Positions 26,811-41,292 of a DNA stretch of 64,000 bases are shown here, piece by piece. Below the pieces are notes generated by a model. It made no database searches. It was not told the DNA's origin and saw only the letters and a list, made by a program, of their open reading frames with translations. The translations under genes were made by a program, and so were the position numbers. Position 1 is the stretch's first letter. Each line of letters begins with the position of its first letter. Source of the stretch: the human T2T-CHM13v2.0 reference genome, Homo sapiens. The stretch lies in NCBI RefSeq assembly GCF_009914755.1, contig NC_060929.1; one strand, written 5' to 3'.

Positions 26811-27350
26811 CTTGTAGTCGCAATTAAAACACTTGTATTATCAGCTTCTTAACTAGAAGATGGCATTCCAAGGAGCCGAAGGAACAAAACCAAAATTATT
26901 GGCCTTTTAACTTGATGGTTGAAAGAAATCATTATTCCCCTAAATACCATAAATAAAAGTGGGATTCCTTTATTATATTGGAATACATGGAAATGCATAA
27001 ATAAAACAGGATGTTCTGTATTTAGAATACCACTGAAAACTAAAACTCTATGATGCTTTAAATAGATAAGAAAGCCTGCAGTATTTGCTGAAACTGAATA
27101 GTGGTGGTATCCAAAACCAAACCAAAACAAAGAAACAATGACAATAACAAATAGCAAAGAAGAAAATAAGTGAATTTGATTAAATAGAGGAGCGCTAACA
27201 CTAAAATTTCTACCCTGAAATCCCGAACTTGAGAAACATCTTGCTAGTTATGTTCCTAATATTTAGACCATTACCTATGAGAAATTAGGAGCCCATACAG
27301 CAAATTATCTAATATGTTCAAGAAAGTGTCTTTTCTATAGCGGATTATCA

Positions 27351-27560
<210 letters not shown>

Positions 27561-27682
27561 ATGATATTTCTATACCATATTTATTAGTTCTACTATGTGC
27601 ATAAATGTATATATGTATTTGTGTATGTGTGTTTCTGTATATGTATATCTACACTGTGTATTTTTTCTTTAATCTCAGAAAG

Positions 27683-27728
27683 CAATTCTATATGAACTTC
27701 AATTGTGATTGAAGTTCATACAGAATTG
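27683..27728. repeat. Inverted repeat, 21-bp arms (1 mismatch), 4-nt loop
   Basis: CAATTCTATATGAACTTCAAT-TGTG-ATTGAAGTTCATACAGAATTG. Confidence 0.95.
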
Positions 27729-28177
27729 TATTTTAAATACAGTTGTAGCTTTAGGATAACTCTAAAGTTTCCAGTGCTAATTTGTTCTAATCTAGGTTTA
27801 TGCTATTTGAAAAAAGAGATATTTGGATTTCTGGGAAATCATGAAGAAATTTACAAATGTTAGAACAATTACATTTAAAAGCAAGAATAATTAGTAAAGG
27901 AAATGGAAGTAGAATTTACCAAGAGTTTGCTAGGTATCAGATTCTCTGTTAAGGATTTTTCATAAATTTTATTTCTTTAATAACATTTGTGTGGCATGTT
28001 AATCTCATTTTACATTATTCTTAAGGAGCTTAAATGAATTAGTGTTATAACAAATTTATAATGGTCATATTGCTGAAGTTGACCACTAGAAGATGCAATG
28101 TCTATAGAAGCAAACCAGAGTCATTTGTGACTTTTGAAAAATCCCTTGTGGTATAAAATCAAAATTACAAGGTGTTT

Positions 28178-28198
28178 TTGTTGTTGTTGTTGTTGTTG
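28178..28198. repeat. (TTG)7 microsatellite
   Basis: Read directly. Confidence 0.9.
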
Positions 28199-29749
28199 CT
28201 ATGTTGTTTTTAAAATATCTTTTGGATTTGGTCATTAGCCTTATGGAAACATTGCTATACCAAAAATGTCTTAATCTATTCAGATTAGAATATATTTTTC
28301 TTGTAGTATTGTTATAATTTTTATTTTGATTAATGCTCTGTGAATCCAGCAAACCTACAGAATATGATTGAATTTTTACAACCATAATTTTTTCAATTTA
28401 TAGAATTTTTCAATAATAAGTGTCTCTGTATCTATCTAATTGTAATTCAAAAGTATATTTTTGACTGTGGTGCCAGGTGTTGTTCTTTTCTATCAAGTCA
28501 GAAGCTTAATATATACATGGGCATTTCCCCTGTTCTAAAATCATAAAGTTCCTAAATCATACACCTTGAAATTGGCTTCTTGATGAAGAAATTGCTGATT
28601 TTCTGCTACTCACAGTTTATGAGAGTTGTGTAATTCTCAATGCTTAGTTAGTAGGGTACAAAGATAAGACATTTCTACAATGATTCTAGTCTGCTGGAGA
28701 TTTCATATACTGTATAGACAAAGGTAAAGTTTTGTTACACCACATTACACAGTCAAAAGATCAATAAATGTTATGTTTAATAAAAGTCAAAATCCTAAGC
28801 TTTGGGATTCAATCATAGTAAAAGTTACAAAGACTTATTATATTTATCCTAGCAAAGCCCAAGGAAGTATACATTTTGAAGTATTTGTCTTTAACAAAAG
28901 CATATTAAACAACACTGAATCAGTGAACCATGTTATTACTCATTTGAAAATGCGCTAAAAAACTTGTTCTTTAATGCTATTTAAATAATGTCAGCATTCT
29001 ATTATCTAAACTCTCTTAATTTCAGTAAACATATTTTTGAAATCTTAATATTTTATGAAAACTTTCAGACAAAATGTTTATAAAATGACTGACTTGAAAT
29101 TTTAGAATATGTAGATTATTTTCTATTTTCCATTAATACAGATAATCTGAATATAACCTTCTTAAGGCCAAAAAAGGTCATAGTTACAATTATGCTCCTA
29201 GAATAGAATCATCCCAGAAGTGAATCAATTGGATCAGTTTATGAATTTTTTCTGTCCTTCTGTAGAAATAATGCTATAGAGCTTTTCCAAATGTCTATGC
29301 ACAAGGCCTTATTTACAATGTGTAGGTATGTTTTTATAAATATATTTTAATTAGTTTAACAATAATCAGCCTAGCAGTTAATATATTAATTTATCTTTAT
29401 TTTAAAATCATATATAAAGTTATGAAAACAAATAGTACAAGAAAGCCTTTAATAAATAACAATTCCTAACCTTACCCATTTCCACCCAAAGTTCAACTCC
29501 CTTATATGAAAACCTCTGCAGAGATTGTTAGCTCTTTCAAGTTTAACAAAATGATTCTAAGTTAATGTGCTTATATTACTTCCTTTAAATCACCTTTAGA
29601 TGATACACTTTAGCCTCCTGCCTTCAAAGAGTCCTTAGTGCAAAGTAAACCCTACAGAAGTAATATATGTTATTATCATTATTATTGCCTATTGTATTTT
29701 AAAAATTTCAAACCTGTCTAATTCTGCCCTTTAACAATATTTTATAACT

Positions 29750-30540
<791 letters not shown>

Positions 30541-31179
30541 AGACTATTTTATAATAACAATGAAAGACTCAATTAATTCAAATTACCTTCAATTAGGATT
30601 TTGTTATTTGAACTAGAGACCAAGGAAATCTTTTTTCCTATGAGTATATGTATATATAAAAATGTATACATGCCATTTCAGTTAGAAATGCCATTCCTGG
30701 AACTTATTCTGAAAAGATAAAATTGAGTGTAAAATTTAATTGGACATATATTCATTTATAGCATTGCTAATTAAACTTAAATTGAAAGCATGTTAAATGT
30801 GCAACAAGACAGTTACTATGATGCATTTGTCAAGTTAGTATATTTGTGCTTAACAATTATAATCTATAAATATTTCTTTGTTACAAAGGATTTTGGAAGA
30901 AAATAAAACTGATTTAAAATAAGACAATTTTGTCAAAGATACATATTCATGAACAAAAATGACTGGTAATATTATACTAAAAGGGTTAACAGTTACTGTC
31001 TTGGGATGGAAGAGCTGTTAGCACATTTGTTTGCTTCAATTTGATTATTCACATTTGATGCCTTTTGTAAAATGAACATGCATAACTCATGTAAAATAAG
31101 TACTCTTAAAAAATTAAAAACATAAACTACCGTGGGAGGATGAGAGTTAGAAGAAAGCACTAAACTACAAAGTAACATT

Positions 31180-31370
31180 TATTAGGCATCTGTCAGTTGC
31201 AGCCGGGATACAGTGCCACAATCACCCCTCTATTTACAATGCCACATTCACAAAAATCCTTTCAGGATAGAATTTGTATGTTCATTTAACAGATAGTAAC
31301 CTGAGTTTCAAGGAGGTTAAAATATGTAAGACTACATAAGACCTACGATGCAGAGCCCATGAGCTCTCTC
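31180..31370 (-). mobile_element. MIR fragment
   Basis: CATTTAACAGATAGTAACCTGAGTTTCAAGGAGGTTAA. Confidence 0.55.
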
Positions 31371-32693
31371 CTACATATAGATTCCTCTAGTCTATTTCTT
31401 TAGATGCAAAATTTTACTTTTAAACAAGAGATCTCTACTGCGCAAAGAAGTGGTATCTTATATGTGAATAGTATTAAAGTTATTAAGTGTTGTCATTATT
31501 TTCTGTGACCAATGAATTAGAATTTTTTTTAACTGCAATTTCTCAGGTTAGTATGTAGATGGAATTAACTGATATTGGTCAAAGATGAGGCCAGAAAGTG
31601 ATAATGTGAATACATAAAATGAGTTTCTTGCAGAAGTATGCCTTTTGTAAAAATAAATATGTTTCTTATTTATTAAGAGACAAAAGAGAGCTTTTAATAC
31701 CAAGCATAAAAGCCTGAGTATCTAAGGGCTTCATCTGTGAGCATTAAGATGTGTTTAGAGTTACGTCAAGGAATTGGCTTCTACAAAGTGATTTCATTGC
31801 CTTGTTATGGGTCTTTTGAGGGAAGGAATTGAAAATATAATTTGTAATGTATGGGGACATATTTTATTAAATATATGAGGACTCTAAAAGAACAAGGATC
31901 TTGAGATCTTTTTTTGTGATTCTAGCGCATACGTATTAATATGTTCTAAAAGGACAATGTTCAAATACACACTGCATATAGGGTAATATTTGTTTCTAAT
32001 AAAAATATAGGGAAAAAACTGTACAATAATCAAATGTAGACAACATATGCTCACCATTATATCAACAGAAAATATCTATTATTCAACTTATCCTAATAAT
32101 ATCATTGCAATGAAAATACTAGCTAGTGGGAGTCTGTCATACCTTTCCAAATATACTTTCCAGGTGTCCAGAATAAATTTGGCACTCCAATCCCTGAAAA
32201 CCAGCTCTAGAAGCCTTTTAAAGACATGGATTAGAGAGTTCCTTTGGCACTAGGTAAATAACAGGTGGTGATGATTGACAGATTATGTGGCAGCCTCTCA
32301 ACTATTTACTCCTGTTGTTACTGAGAGTGACAGGGAGTTTATAACTCTGCTTCTGTGGGTTGGGATAACTCTTCTGGACTGAGCAAGCCTGACATGCTGC
32401 TGTAACTAAGTGATAAGTGGAGCCCAGTCTCCACCTGCTCACTGAGGCTCCTAAACATTCTACTGTCCTCTCCTGGTTTGATGTAGATCTTTCCTACTGG
32501 CCCTCCAGATGGGCCTGCATCAGGCTTTTTAAATGCTCAGACATGTTTTCTGGGACATCTGATAGACATCAGTAAAATCACCTGACCCTTGCATTCATCA
32601 GGAAGAGACATATTGGGAAGCCATAAGGAAAGATTTATTCATCTTCACAGCTGTCAGAGAGTAGCAGTGTTACTACTATTTGTAGTAACACTC

Positions 32694-32745
32694 TGTGTGT
32701 GTGTGTGTTTGTGTGAGAGAGAGAAAGAGAGAAAGAAGAAAGAGA
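32694..32745. repeat. Compound (TG)n/(GA)n microsatellite
   Basis: Read directly. Confidence 0.85.
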
Positions 32746-32789
32746 ATGTCTCACTCTTTCCTGCACATGTTATACATGTTCCTCTCTCT

Positions 32790-33330
32790 CTGTTGGGCTA
32801 TGTTTTGTCTCCCTGTTGCAATGTAAGGCCTAAAACTGAGGCTCGATGTTACATGCTGTCTTGACATCTAGTGAAATCAGGAGGCCTTCAAATAGCCTAA
32901 CCGTATATTTACCTCTCCATGGTGTTCCCACAGCTAAAGGCCTCTAGTCAAACAACTCTCCTTGTTAAAGAAAAAAGGTACAATATCTGCTTATTTCTAA
33001 ATAAAGGGTTTCAGTTTTCTGCTCACCCACGAAATTATTAAAACAAGTAAACCACGTCGTGCATGGCAAACAGGGGTCATCCCACCCTCTTCACATTAAA
33101 CAGTCTACTTCCCACACTGCCTGCTTGGTCACTTTGTTTCCAAATGTAATTCATGTGGGGGCCTATGGAGTTCTGTGCCCTCCTACCCCAGGCTGTGAGT
33201 ATATGGGGCTAACAAACTGCTGTAGATCTCATTTGGCCAGTGTTGGGTGTTGTGTGGTTGATCATCCTCATCACCCTTTTATGGCGTCCGTTTCTTACCA
33301 ACAGTGTGAATAGTAGGTGGTTAAAACTCC
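32790..33330 (+). mobile_element. Old ERVL-class LTR (MER73/MER74-group)
   Basis: TGTAAGGCCTAAAACTGAGGC...TGCTGTCTTGACATCTAGTGAAATCAGGAGG...CCCCAGGCTGTGAGTATATG...AATAGTAGGTGGTTAAAAC. The 5' boundary and subfamily are uncertain. Confidence 0.6.
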
Positions 33331-33959
33331 CATGCATTATTTGGCCAACCATCCTTTATGTTCAATTCTATTCCTTCCACTTAAAAGAAACATTCCTTTC
33401 TGTAGTGGAGGATACAATCATCTCTCTTCTCAAATACCAGATTAGCGCCCTTAATTTCAGCCCTTCCAATACATTCTTTTGTCCCTTATAAGACCAACTT
33501 GCCATTGTGTCTGCTTAATACACTGGGCTTGTTATATCTTTAAGACTAGTTACTGAGTATTTTACTTCTTTGTTCTACACAGTCCTTTAAAAAAATGCAG
33601 TAAGTACGGAATAAAATCGATTTGTAGGTAAAAAAGCTAGATGGTTTATTTCTTACTCTGGACCTCACCTTCCTTTCTAATTTAGGCCATCTTTTTTGTA
33701 ATAAGTCTTGCTTCTGGATCATAAGTGAAAATAAGTATGTATTCCCCGTGACTACTAGTGTATAAATAATGCTTGAAAGCATATATTCTATTAGTAGTGA
33801 ATCAACTGCATTATTTTTTATTATTATAGACAGAAAAGTTTACTATTCTGTATTAATATTAGTTGTATTATTGTTTTATTCTTTATTCTTTGGAGAGTCT
33901 TATTTCTTTTGCTGGCCCCAGTTCCCATTCCTTAATTATGTGCAAACACCAACCTGAGC

Positions 33960-34290
33960 CCTGAGCCCTTGACCTAGATCTGTTCTTTTTCTATATACTT
34001 TTCTTAGGTGAATAGATCATGTGTTAAGTCTCAGTTCTTACTTTGTAGTGAGATATACCAACTTTCATATGAAATTGCAGTCTTCTATCTGTGCTATGCA
34101 TTAATTTATAAGAAGACATAGTGAGTTCAAACTCTTCATTTTAAAATTTAACTCATTTTTTCATATAACTTTTATTTCATTTTTAACATTTTACACAGAA
34201 ACATAATCACTCTGCTAGGTATTTATCCTAAAATCTTGGAATCATCTTTGATTCTTTCTTTTTCTTCCATTTTTGTATAATCACATAAGT
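33960..34290 (+). mobile_element. L2 fragment
   Basis: AAAATCTTGGAATCATCTTTGATTCTTTCTTTTTC is a typical L2 motif. Confidence 0.55.
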
Positions 34291-36049
34291 AGCAAGCCTT
34301 GGAGAGACAAATACAAAGACTAGACTGACTGGAAAAAAAGAATTCTATAAAGGAGAGGTAGTTCTTTAGGGGCTTCACGTAATGTAATTATTGGAAAGCA
34401 GAATATATTTATTTTATATATTGAAATGCAGTGCTCTCATTCACCTGCACTTGAATGACTGTTGTGAACAGAAAGAGATGTGTCATCATTTTTGTGTTAC
34501 TTTAGTTTCCCTTCTCAAGTAGCCTTACATAACTTGATACTGTTTGCAAACTAATTTTAATCAAATGTCAAAAATATTTATTTTTTATAAGCTTCTATCT
34601 CCCTAAAATTAATTATGCTTTTTCTATGAGTATTAGTACTATATAAAATTATGTGTATTAATAAAATAGAAGAAAGAAAATGATAAACATGAATTTTGTC
34701 TACTTTTTAGACTTGCTTTGAAATAATTGGGAAAAATTATTATGCAATTATTTTGGTACCCTGATTGTCTTTGTTATTGGCTGTCAGAGAATTAGCAGTC
34801 AACTAGAAAGTACAGGTAGACTGTGAAAACATTTAAAATGGAACAATGTCATTATCTGTGAAACTAATTTAGAATGTGAAATCACTTTACCCACTTGTCT
34901 TCTCAGAGGCATACACAAAACTATAGATTTAAATATGCCAAGGGTATAGACTTTCTTTATAAGACTATAGCAAATCTCACAGATAACCCATAGATATAGT
35001 AATTCAAAAGCAAGATTAATGATTTTATCACAATTTGGAATACATTAGCAGCAATATTTCCATGGACATGTGTGAATTCTGTTCTCTATTACAATAGAGA
35101 ACATGTGCTTTATAAATGTCTTCCCTGAGGTTGAACATACACTCAAATGCAAGTAATTAATTTAATAAATTTAAAAGGGACATGTGAAATATGGCTATCT
35201 GCAAGTAGGAATCTTTAAAAACACTTATTTCCTATGAATATTTGGAAATAAGTAACACAGCAATGTGTTATTTGTTGTTCAGAAATAAGTTAATTTATGA
35301 CTCCAATTGTATCATGGACTTTGGTAATACGTTTTCAAGGAAAACAACATAGACCTATTTAAAGGAAATATTTGCAGACAAATTTTGAAAAACATTAATA
35401 ATAACAAATATAAACACAATGAAATTGAGACAAAGAACAGGATATACACACATACGTATGTTTAAATTTACTATGGATTACTGATTAATCTCTCAATGGC
35501 TGCCGTAAGAGACCTCAAGTGTAGGCTAATAAAAAAGACAACCCTAGTAGATAAGTCTTTCTGAAAATTGGTTAGGGTTCAGCAAGTCTTTTCCATGTCT
35601 TTTCTTGGATTTGGCTGATTAATGCTGAGGACCAATGAAGATTTAGGTTGGCTTTGTCTATATATCTAAATCTTCATCAAGGGAGGAGGATTAGAGGAAT
35701 AGAAATCTATTAGCACATTTCCTGAAGTGAGGGACTCAATGAATTTTTCGATTCAACTCTCTATATTTTTTTAAAAAAATAAAAACTCATTCAAATAAGA
35801 GTTTTAAACCTTTTCCATTAGAGCTAAGTACAAAGTAGATTGAATGGAAAAGATATGTACCATTCTTAATTTCTCATTTCATTTGCAATTATTTTTCTCT
35901 CCACATATTCCCTCATTCTTCATGGTAATTCTGTAAGATGCTGAGATAGCACGTACGGTTGAATTGTGTAATCAAACTGACATGAATCAGAGATGAAATC
36001 CAGTATCAAGATTTAATAATTATTTCAAAAGTACAAGTAATTATGAAAT

Positions 36050-36900
36050 AAAATGTCATGTATAATAAAATAAATGCAAATTAGAAGATTTAATTTCACA
36101 GTTATTGGATTGATGATAAGTAAAGAATGGGAACATAGAGGGAAATAGGACCTTTCAAACAATTTTGTAAAGATGGAAATTGGCACAAAATTATACAGTG
36201 TGATTTTACTATGTATGTATTTGAAATTTTTAAATGTGCATACTATTTTACTGAAATATATATTATAGATATATATACATTGGAGCACAGCAGAATTACA
36301 TACAAGTATAGTGAAAGCAATGTAAGTACAGAAAAATAGAAAACACATATATCAGAAAGATATTTCATTCAGTTTAGATATTCTCAAAGAATAGAGAGCT
36401 GTATAAGAATATATTTCTAAGCTTTAATTTAAAATATTAATAGTTGCAACAAATAAGATAAAATATGCCATTTTTATGTACTCACATGTGCGTATATTTA
36501 TATATTTCTATAAATTTACAGAAGGCTAAGTCAAGAAACAGCTACCTCAAGTGTATGAGCTAAAATAAGAGACATAATGACTGTATAAAGGAAACATCAG
36601 TGGAAGTCTCTATTATTCTATACTCTCATATTTTTATAATCAAAATGTATTATGGCTATAATAAAATTTTAAAAATAATTTTCAGCAAAGATGTTATCAT
36701 TTCACTGAAAAATTTAGAAAAATAAACAAGGAAAGCCAACAGAGAAAATAATGATAATAAAATCCAAACTTAATAAATCAGAAAAGCAGTGAAAATGAAA
36801 AGTAAATTCAAGAGCTTTTTGTTTGAAGAAACCAGTAAATAGAAAACAAATAGGTACAAACACAAATAAAGTTGATAATGATGTTGTATAACAGAAATGA
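36050..36900 (+). mobile_element. Degraded old L1 fragments (L1M)
   Basis: A-rich, with L1 3'-end-like and ORF2-like remnants (AAATTCAAGAGCTTTTTGTTTGAAGAAACCAGTAAATAGA). Confidence 0.45.
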
Positions 36901-37287
36901 ATATTAAAGTAAATGTATAAATATTATTTTATAGTCACAAACACTCTGTACTCAGCTTGTAAATTTATTGTCTTATCTTTATTTAGAATGACAAGAGGAT
37001 GCTCTTATTTATTGACCATATCAAGATATGTAGCAAACATACATCTTTTAACATAAGTATTGAAAAGTCAGTAATGCAAAATTAAATCATTTTACGAGTT
37101 GAGGGTTCACAACTGCAGAATCAATATCTGATATTAGTTTTGTCTTTGAGGCAAAAGAAAAACTAATATTCACTGAATTCATTTTAATTCAGAAACATCC
37201 AAATCATCCCAAACTCTGGTAATACACAAGTCTCAGCAATTTTTGATTCATATATACGTAGAATGCACTAGAGCAGAAACGTTTTCT

Positions 37288-37605
37288 CTTTTCTTTTTAT
37301 GTTTTTTTTTTTTTTTTTTTGAAACAGGATCTTACTCTGTTGCCCACGTTGGAGTGCAGTGGCACAATCATGGCTCACTTCAGCCTTGACCTCCGGGGCT
37401 CAGACAGTCCTCTCATGTCAGCCTCCTAAATGGCTAGGATCACAGGTGAGTGCCAACATGCCTGCTAATTTTTTAATTATTATTTGTAAAGACGAGGATT
37501 CCTTATGTGGCCTATGCTGGTCTTGAGCTCCTGGCCACAAGAGATTCCTCCGGCCTTGGCCTCTCAAAGTGCTGGGATTATAAATGTAAGCCCTAGCACC
37601 TGGCC
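37288..37605 (-). mobile_element. AluJ
   Basis: Antisense dimer with J diagnostics (CACAATCATGGCTCACTTCAGCCTTGACCTCC), poly(T), and a degenerate TSD AGAAACGTTTTCT/AGAAAAATGTTCT. Confidence 0.92.
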
Positions 37606-38024
37606 AGAAAAATGTTCTGAATGATTTTTCCCTTTGTGTTCCATATATAACTAATAAATTTATTCCACACATTTGTATCTGTTCTGGCATTGTCAGGTGC
37701 TCAGATGAGACACATCGCACTCCAAGAGTGAGTTCCAGTCTGAACAATATCTTAATATCATCCAGATGGTAGGGTCTCTGACAAATAGTCTGGCTCAGAC
37801 ACTGAGGACAGGTGTGGATAGATTCATCGAGGCTCAGCTCTGCTGTTGGCAGAGAACCAGTAACTGGAATATAATTTCCCAAGGTGGTAATGATTTGTGT
37901 CAGGTTGAGCAAAGTAAAACATAATATAGTTTCTAGAAACTACATAATTTTGTTCAAATTATTTGTTTGACTATGTTTTGTTTTTAATGGTTAACTGTAA
38001 AATACTGTTATATTCAATTAATTA

Positions 38025-38230
38025 ATTTTATTATTTATTTTTAATTAACAATAAACATGATGCACCTTTGTGGTAGACAACATGATGTTTTGAAATATAT
38101 GTGCATTGTAGAATAAGTAAATCAAGCTAATTAACATTTGTATTACCTCATGTACTTATTTCTTTGTGTGTGTGTGTGTGTGCACACCTGCATGTGTGTG
38201 ATGAGATACCAATTAATTTAGCATTTTGTT
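38025..38230 (-). mobile_element. L1MA-type 3' end fragment containing (TG)n
   Basis: ACAACATGATGTTTTGAAATATATGTGCATTGTAGAATAAGTAAATCAAGCTAATTAACAT. Confidence 0.75.
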
Positions 38231-38293
38231 ATTTTTTATGTTTTTCAGTGAGACAAGGTCCCTAGATCTATAAGTGGTTTCTGTCTTCCTGGT

Positions 38294-38644
38294 TGATATG
38301 GTTTGGCTGGATCCTCACTCAAATCTCAACTTGAATTGTATCTCCCAGAATTCCCACGTGTTGTGGGAGGGACCCAGGGGGTAGGTAATTTAATCACGGG
38401 GGCCAGTCTTTCCTGTGCTATTCTCGTGTTGGTGAATAAGTTTCACAACATCGGGGGCTTATCAGGGCTTTCCGCTTTTGCTTCTTCCTCATTTTTTCTC
38501 TTGCTGCCACCATGTGAGAAGTGCATTTCACCTCCTGCCGTGAATGTGAGGCCTCCTCAGCCATGTGGAACTGTAAGTCCAGTGAAACCTCTTTTTCTTC
38601 TCAGTCTCGGGTCTTTATCAGCAGCGTGAAAGCGGACTAATACA
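38294..38644 (+). mobile_element. Solo THE1A LTR
   Basis: TGATATGGTTTGGCTG...GGACTAATACA with THE1A-type TTATCAGGGCTTTCCGCTTTTGCTTCTTCCTC and a perfect TSD CTGGT. Confidence 0.93.
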
Positions 38645-38969
38645 CTGGTCATCCTGATAAGGTTTTAGGGAGCCCGATCTTTTCATAATGTAAAGCAGAA
38701 GACACCTTCTAATGAGAGGCTGAGTAGGATAACACTAGTGGGAGTTTGGAGATCTTATGTTAAGGTAAGCATACTTGTTCTGGCTCACTCTGGGCCAAAT
38801 GGCCATACATTTATGGAAAAAGCAAGCAGGACTGATAAAATTCAAGGTAATACTCCATAATGAAGCATCTGAGGCGACTTCTAGGGCAGGTGTTAAATAT
38901 TTTAGTTCTCGAAGCCATACACAGCAAAATATGATTAAGAATGATTACAATTTATCAGCAAGATTAATC

Positions 38970-39308
38970 CCTTGCTACTCCAAAGACTACCAGCATTGCC
39001 GTCACCTGGGAGCCTGTTAAAAATGCAGAATTTCAGTTCCCACCCCAAACCTACTAAATCAGAATCTGAAATAGTATAACTTTAAATAATACCAATAATA
39101 AATGATAAAGAGGAAGGAAGAAAACTTTGGGAGGTGAGATGTGTTTATGGCTTTGATGGTGGTGATAGCTTCACAGATGCAAACTCATCAAGATGTATGC
39201 ATTAAATATGTACATTAAATATGTCAAACCATACCTCAGTGGTTGAATAAAATAGACGAATAAAACTTGTTCAGGTGATATGTATGTATATCAGTTTGAG
39301 AAGCACAG
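38970..39308. mobile_element. MER5A (hAT-Charlie) split by an L1 3'-end insertion (~39071-39262)
   Basis: CAGCATTGCCGTCACCTGGGAGCCTGTTAAAAATGCAGAATTTCAG...AATCAGAATCTG resumes as CAGGTGAT...AGTTTGAGAAGCACAG. The insert has L1MC/MD-like AACTTTGGGAGGTGAGATGTGTTTATGGCTTTGATGGTGGTGAT. Confidence 0.75.
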
Positions 39309-40449
39309 TTCTTACATACCTCATACACAGCAAATATTTGGCCTATGCCACCGAAGAATTTTTGAAGCATTTACTGTAAATTCATCATTTATTTGCCAAC
39401 AAATAATTAAATCTCTAAGACTAGTTCAGTCTAGAAGTATACAATCATTAACAATAGCACAGGCCAGAGTACAGCTTTTAACACCTGCCTTTCCAAAATA
39501 TATAGGTGTGATTATAATCGGAATTAGTTGCTTTCCTTTTCCCATTTTATCTGGTGGTGATAAGGAGTTTAGGTATGTGTGCCCTTTGATATGTGATGTT
39601 AATATTTTATTTCTGATGTCCAAATTAGGTGATGCCATGCTTGTTTGTTTCTTTGTGTGGAAAATACTATGTAGTTGGAGGCATGTGTCCAACGTTCTGA
39701 TTGCAACTATCAGAATAATTTCTAAGAAAATCTGGTATGGTCTGATTCAGCAAAGGTCAAGAGGTTTTAATATGTATTCCTGGGTCAGGACAAAGTAGAT
39801 CATATTGTATAAGAGGATATTATTGTGTAGGATCTTCAGGGAAAGCGACTGGAGTTATAAATGATAAATCAAAGGCAATGCAAATGATCTTGACGATATA
39901 AAGCTATTTTATTACTGGAACATGTACTTGTGATTTGTTAAAGGTCTGGAGGAAAGGCAAGTAATTTCTAAAGCTGTCTCTGATTATTTTGTAAGAATAT
40001 AATACAGTTTTTCCCTTTGGTATGGTTCTTATACTTTTGAGGGCAAAAGTTATTTTTTTCAGGGCATTTTAAATTTGTGTACTTACAGTTTTTTGTCACT
40101 ATGTTCTTTATCATCTCATTTCTCCTTTTAACTTCTTCCAGAATTGAGAGATGATTAAAATGCATAAATTTGTTTTATATATAAAAATATACATATATAT
40201 GAATGATATGGAAGTAGAGACATGGTATTTAAGCAAGGAATTAAATAATTCCTTTTTTGTTGTTTTGGGTTTTTGTTTTTAGTAACTTACATAATAAACT
40301 CTTATGCAAGAAAAGCATTTAATTAACATATAAGTTAAACATACATTTGATGCAAAACATTTGTATCCATTTATCTCGAGATGTTATACAAAATCCATTT
40401 GTAAGTTTAGGAAAGGATGCAAGGGATAGGACTTGTCATTAAATAATGG

Positions 40450-40655
40450 CATAAGTTATGTCCTGACAATCAGCTCTTCAGAAAACAAGTAAAACTTCTG
40501 GTTGATAATTTGTAATGTTTGCTGACTTAGGTGGTGTATATATCCATTATTGATGATTTCAAACTAATGATAGTTTTTTAACCTGTTTACAAAATTCCTG
40601 AACATTGAACCACTGGCTCACAAGCTGATAGAAAGCAGCTCTTGCACACCACTGG
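40450..40655 (-). mobile_element. MER63A-like hAT-Blackjack fossil
   Basis: ...ACAAAATTCCTGAACATTGAAC...GCAGCTCTTGCACACCACTGG matches the MER63 terminal sequence. Confidence 0.7.
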
Positions 40656-41292
40656 CTGTAAGAACTGCTTCACCTACATTCTGAGCCTAACAGAGGTACA
40701 CAAGACAAAATCCAAAGAAGTGTGCATATATTTTGTTACAGTGAGCATTTTTTACCCTAACTTATCAGTGTTCCTTTGTTAATTTAAGACAGAGTGTGCA
40801 AAAAACAACAACAACAACAAAAAAGGTATATGGGAATAATCTGAAGAGACAAGCTACCTTCTGGTGTTTGGTGTTTGTCACAGAGTATCCGGTTTTAAAA
40901 GGTCTTGACTTTTGCCCTTCTTTAAATTTTTCATTTCAGGAAAGATCCTATAAACTTGCTGCATCTCAAAATAAGTATATTTGGAAAGTCATTTTGGTTT
41001 TAAGAAAACGAACTTCACTGGAAAAAAAAAAGAAAAAAAAAAGTAGGCCTATTCTTTACCTAAAGAAACCTGAGAACATATTTTATTTTGAGAAATATTC
41101 TTTGCTTTAACTTTAATCCAAATATGAGAACATTTTATGTTATAACTACACTGTAGCACTTAATTAAAAAAAATTAAATCTTCTACAAAAGAATTAGAGA
41201 AAATACAAAAAATAGAGCACTTAATAGTTTAGATTGCATTTACACCAAAATAAATAAGGGTGATGAAAAGAACAATTCAATTTATCAAGAAC

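Noticed and set aside
37418-37912. 164-aa minus-strand ORF
   Set aside because: Non-ATG start, runs into an AluJ, and has no recognisable domain.
39280-39798. Longest ORF (172 aa), with an overlapping antisense ORF
   Set aside because: It begins in a MER5A remnant, has AT-driven residue composition and no recognisable domain, and is consistent with a chance ORF.
40235-40254. 9-bp inverted repeat AAGGAATTA-AA-TAATTCCTT (also CAATGCCTG-AGC-CAGGCATTG at 55260-55280)
   Set aside because: Too short to distinguish from chance in 64 kb of AT-rich DNA.
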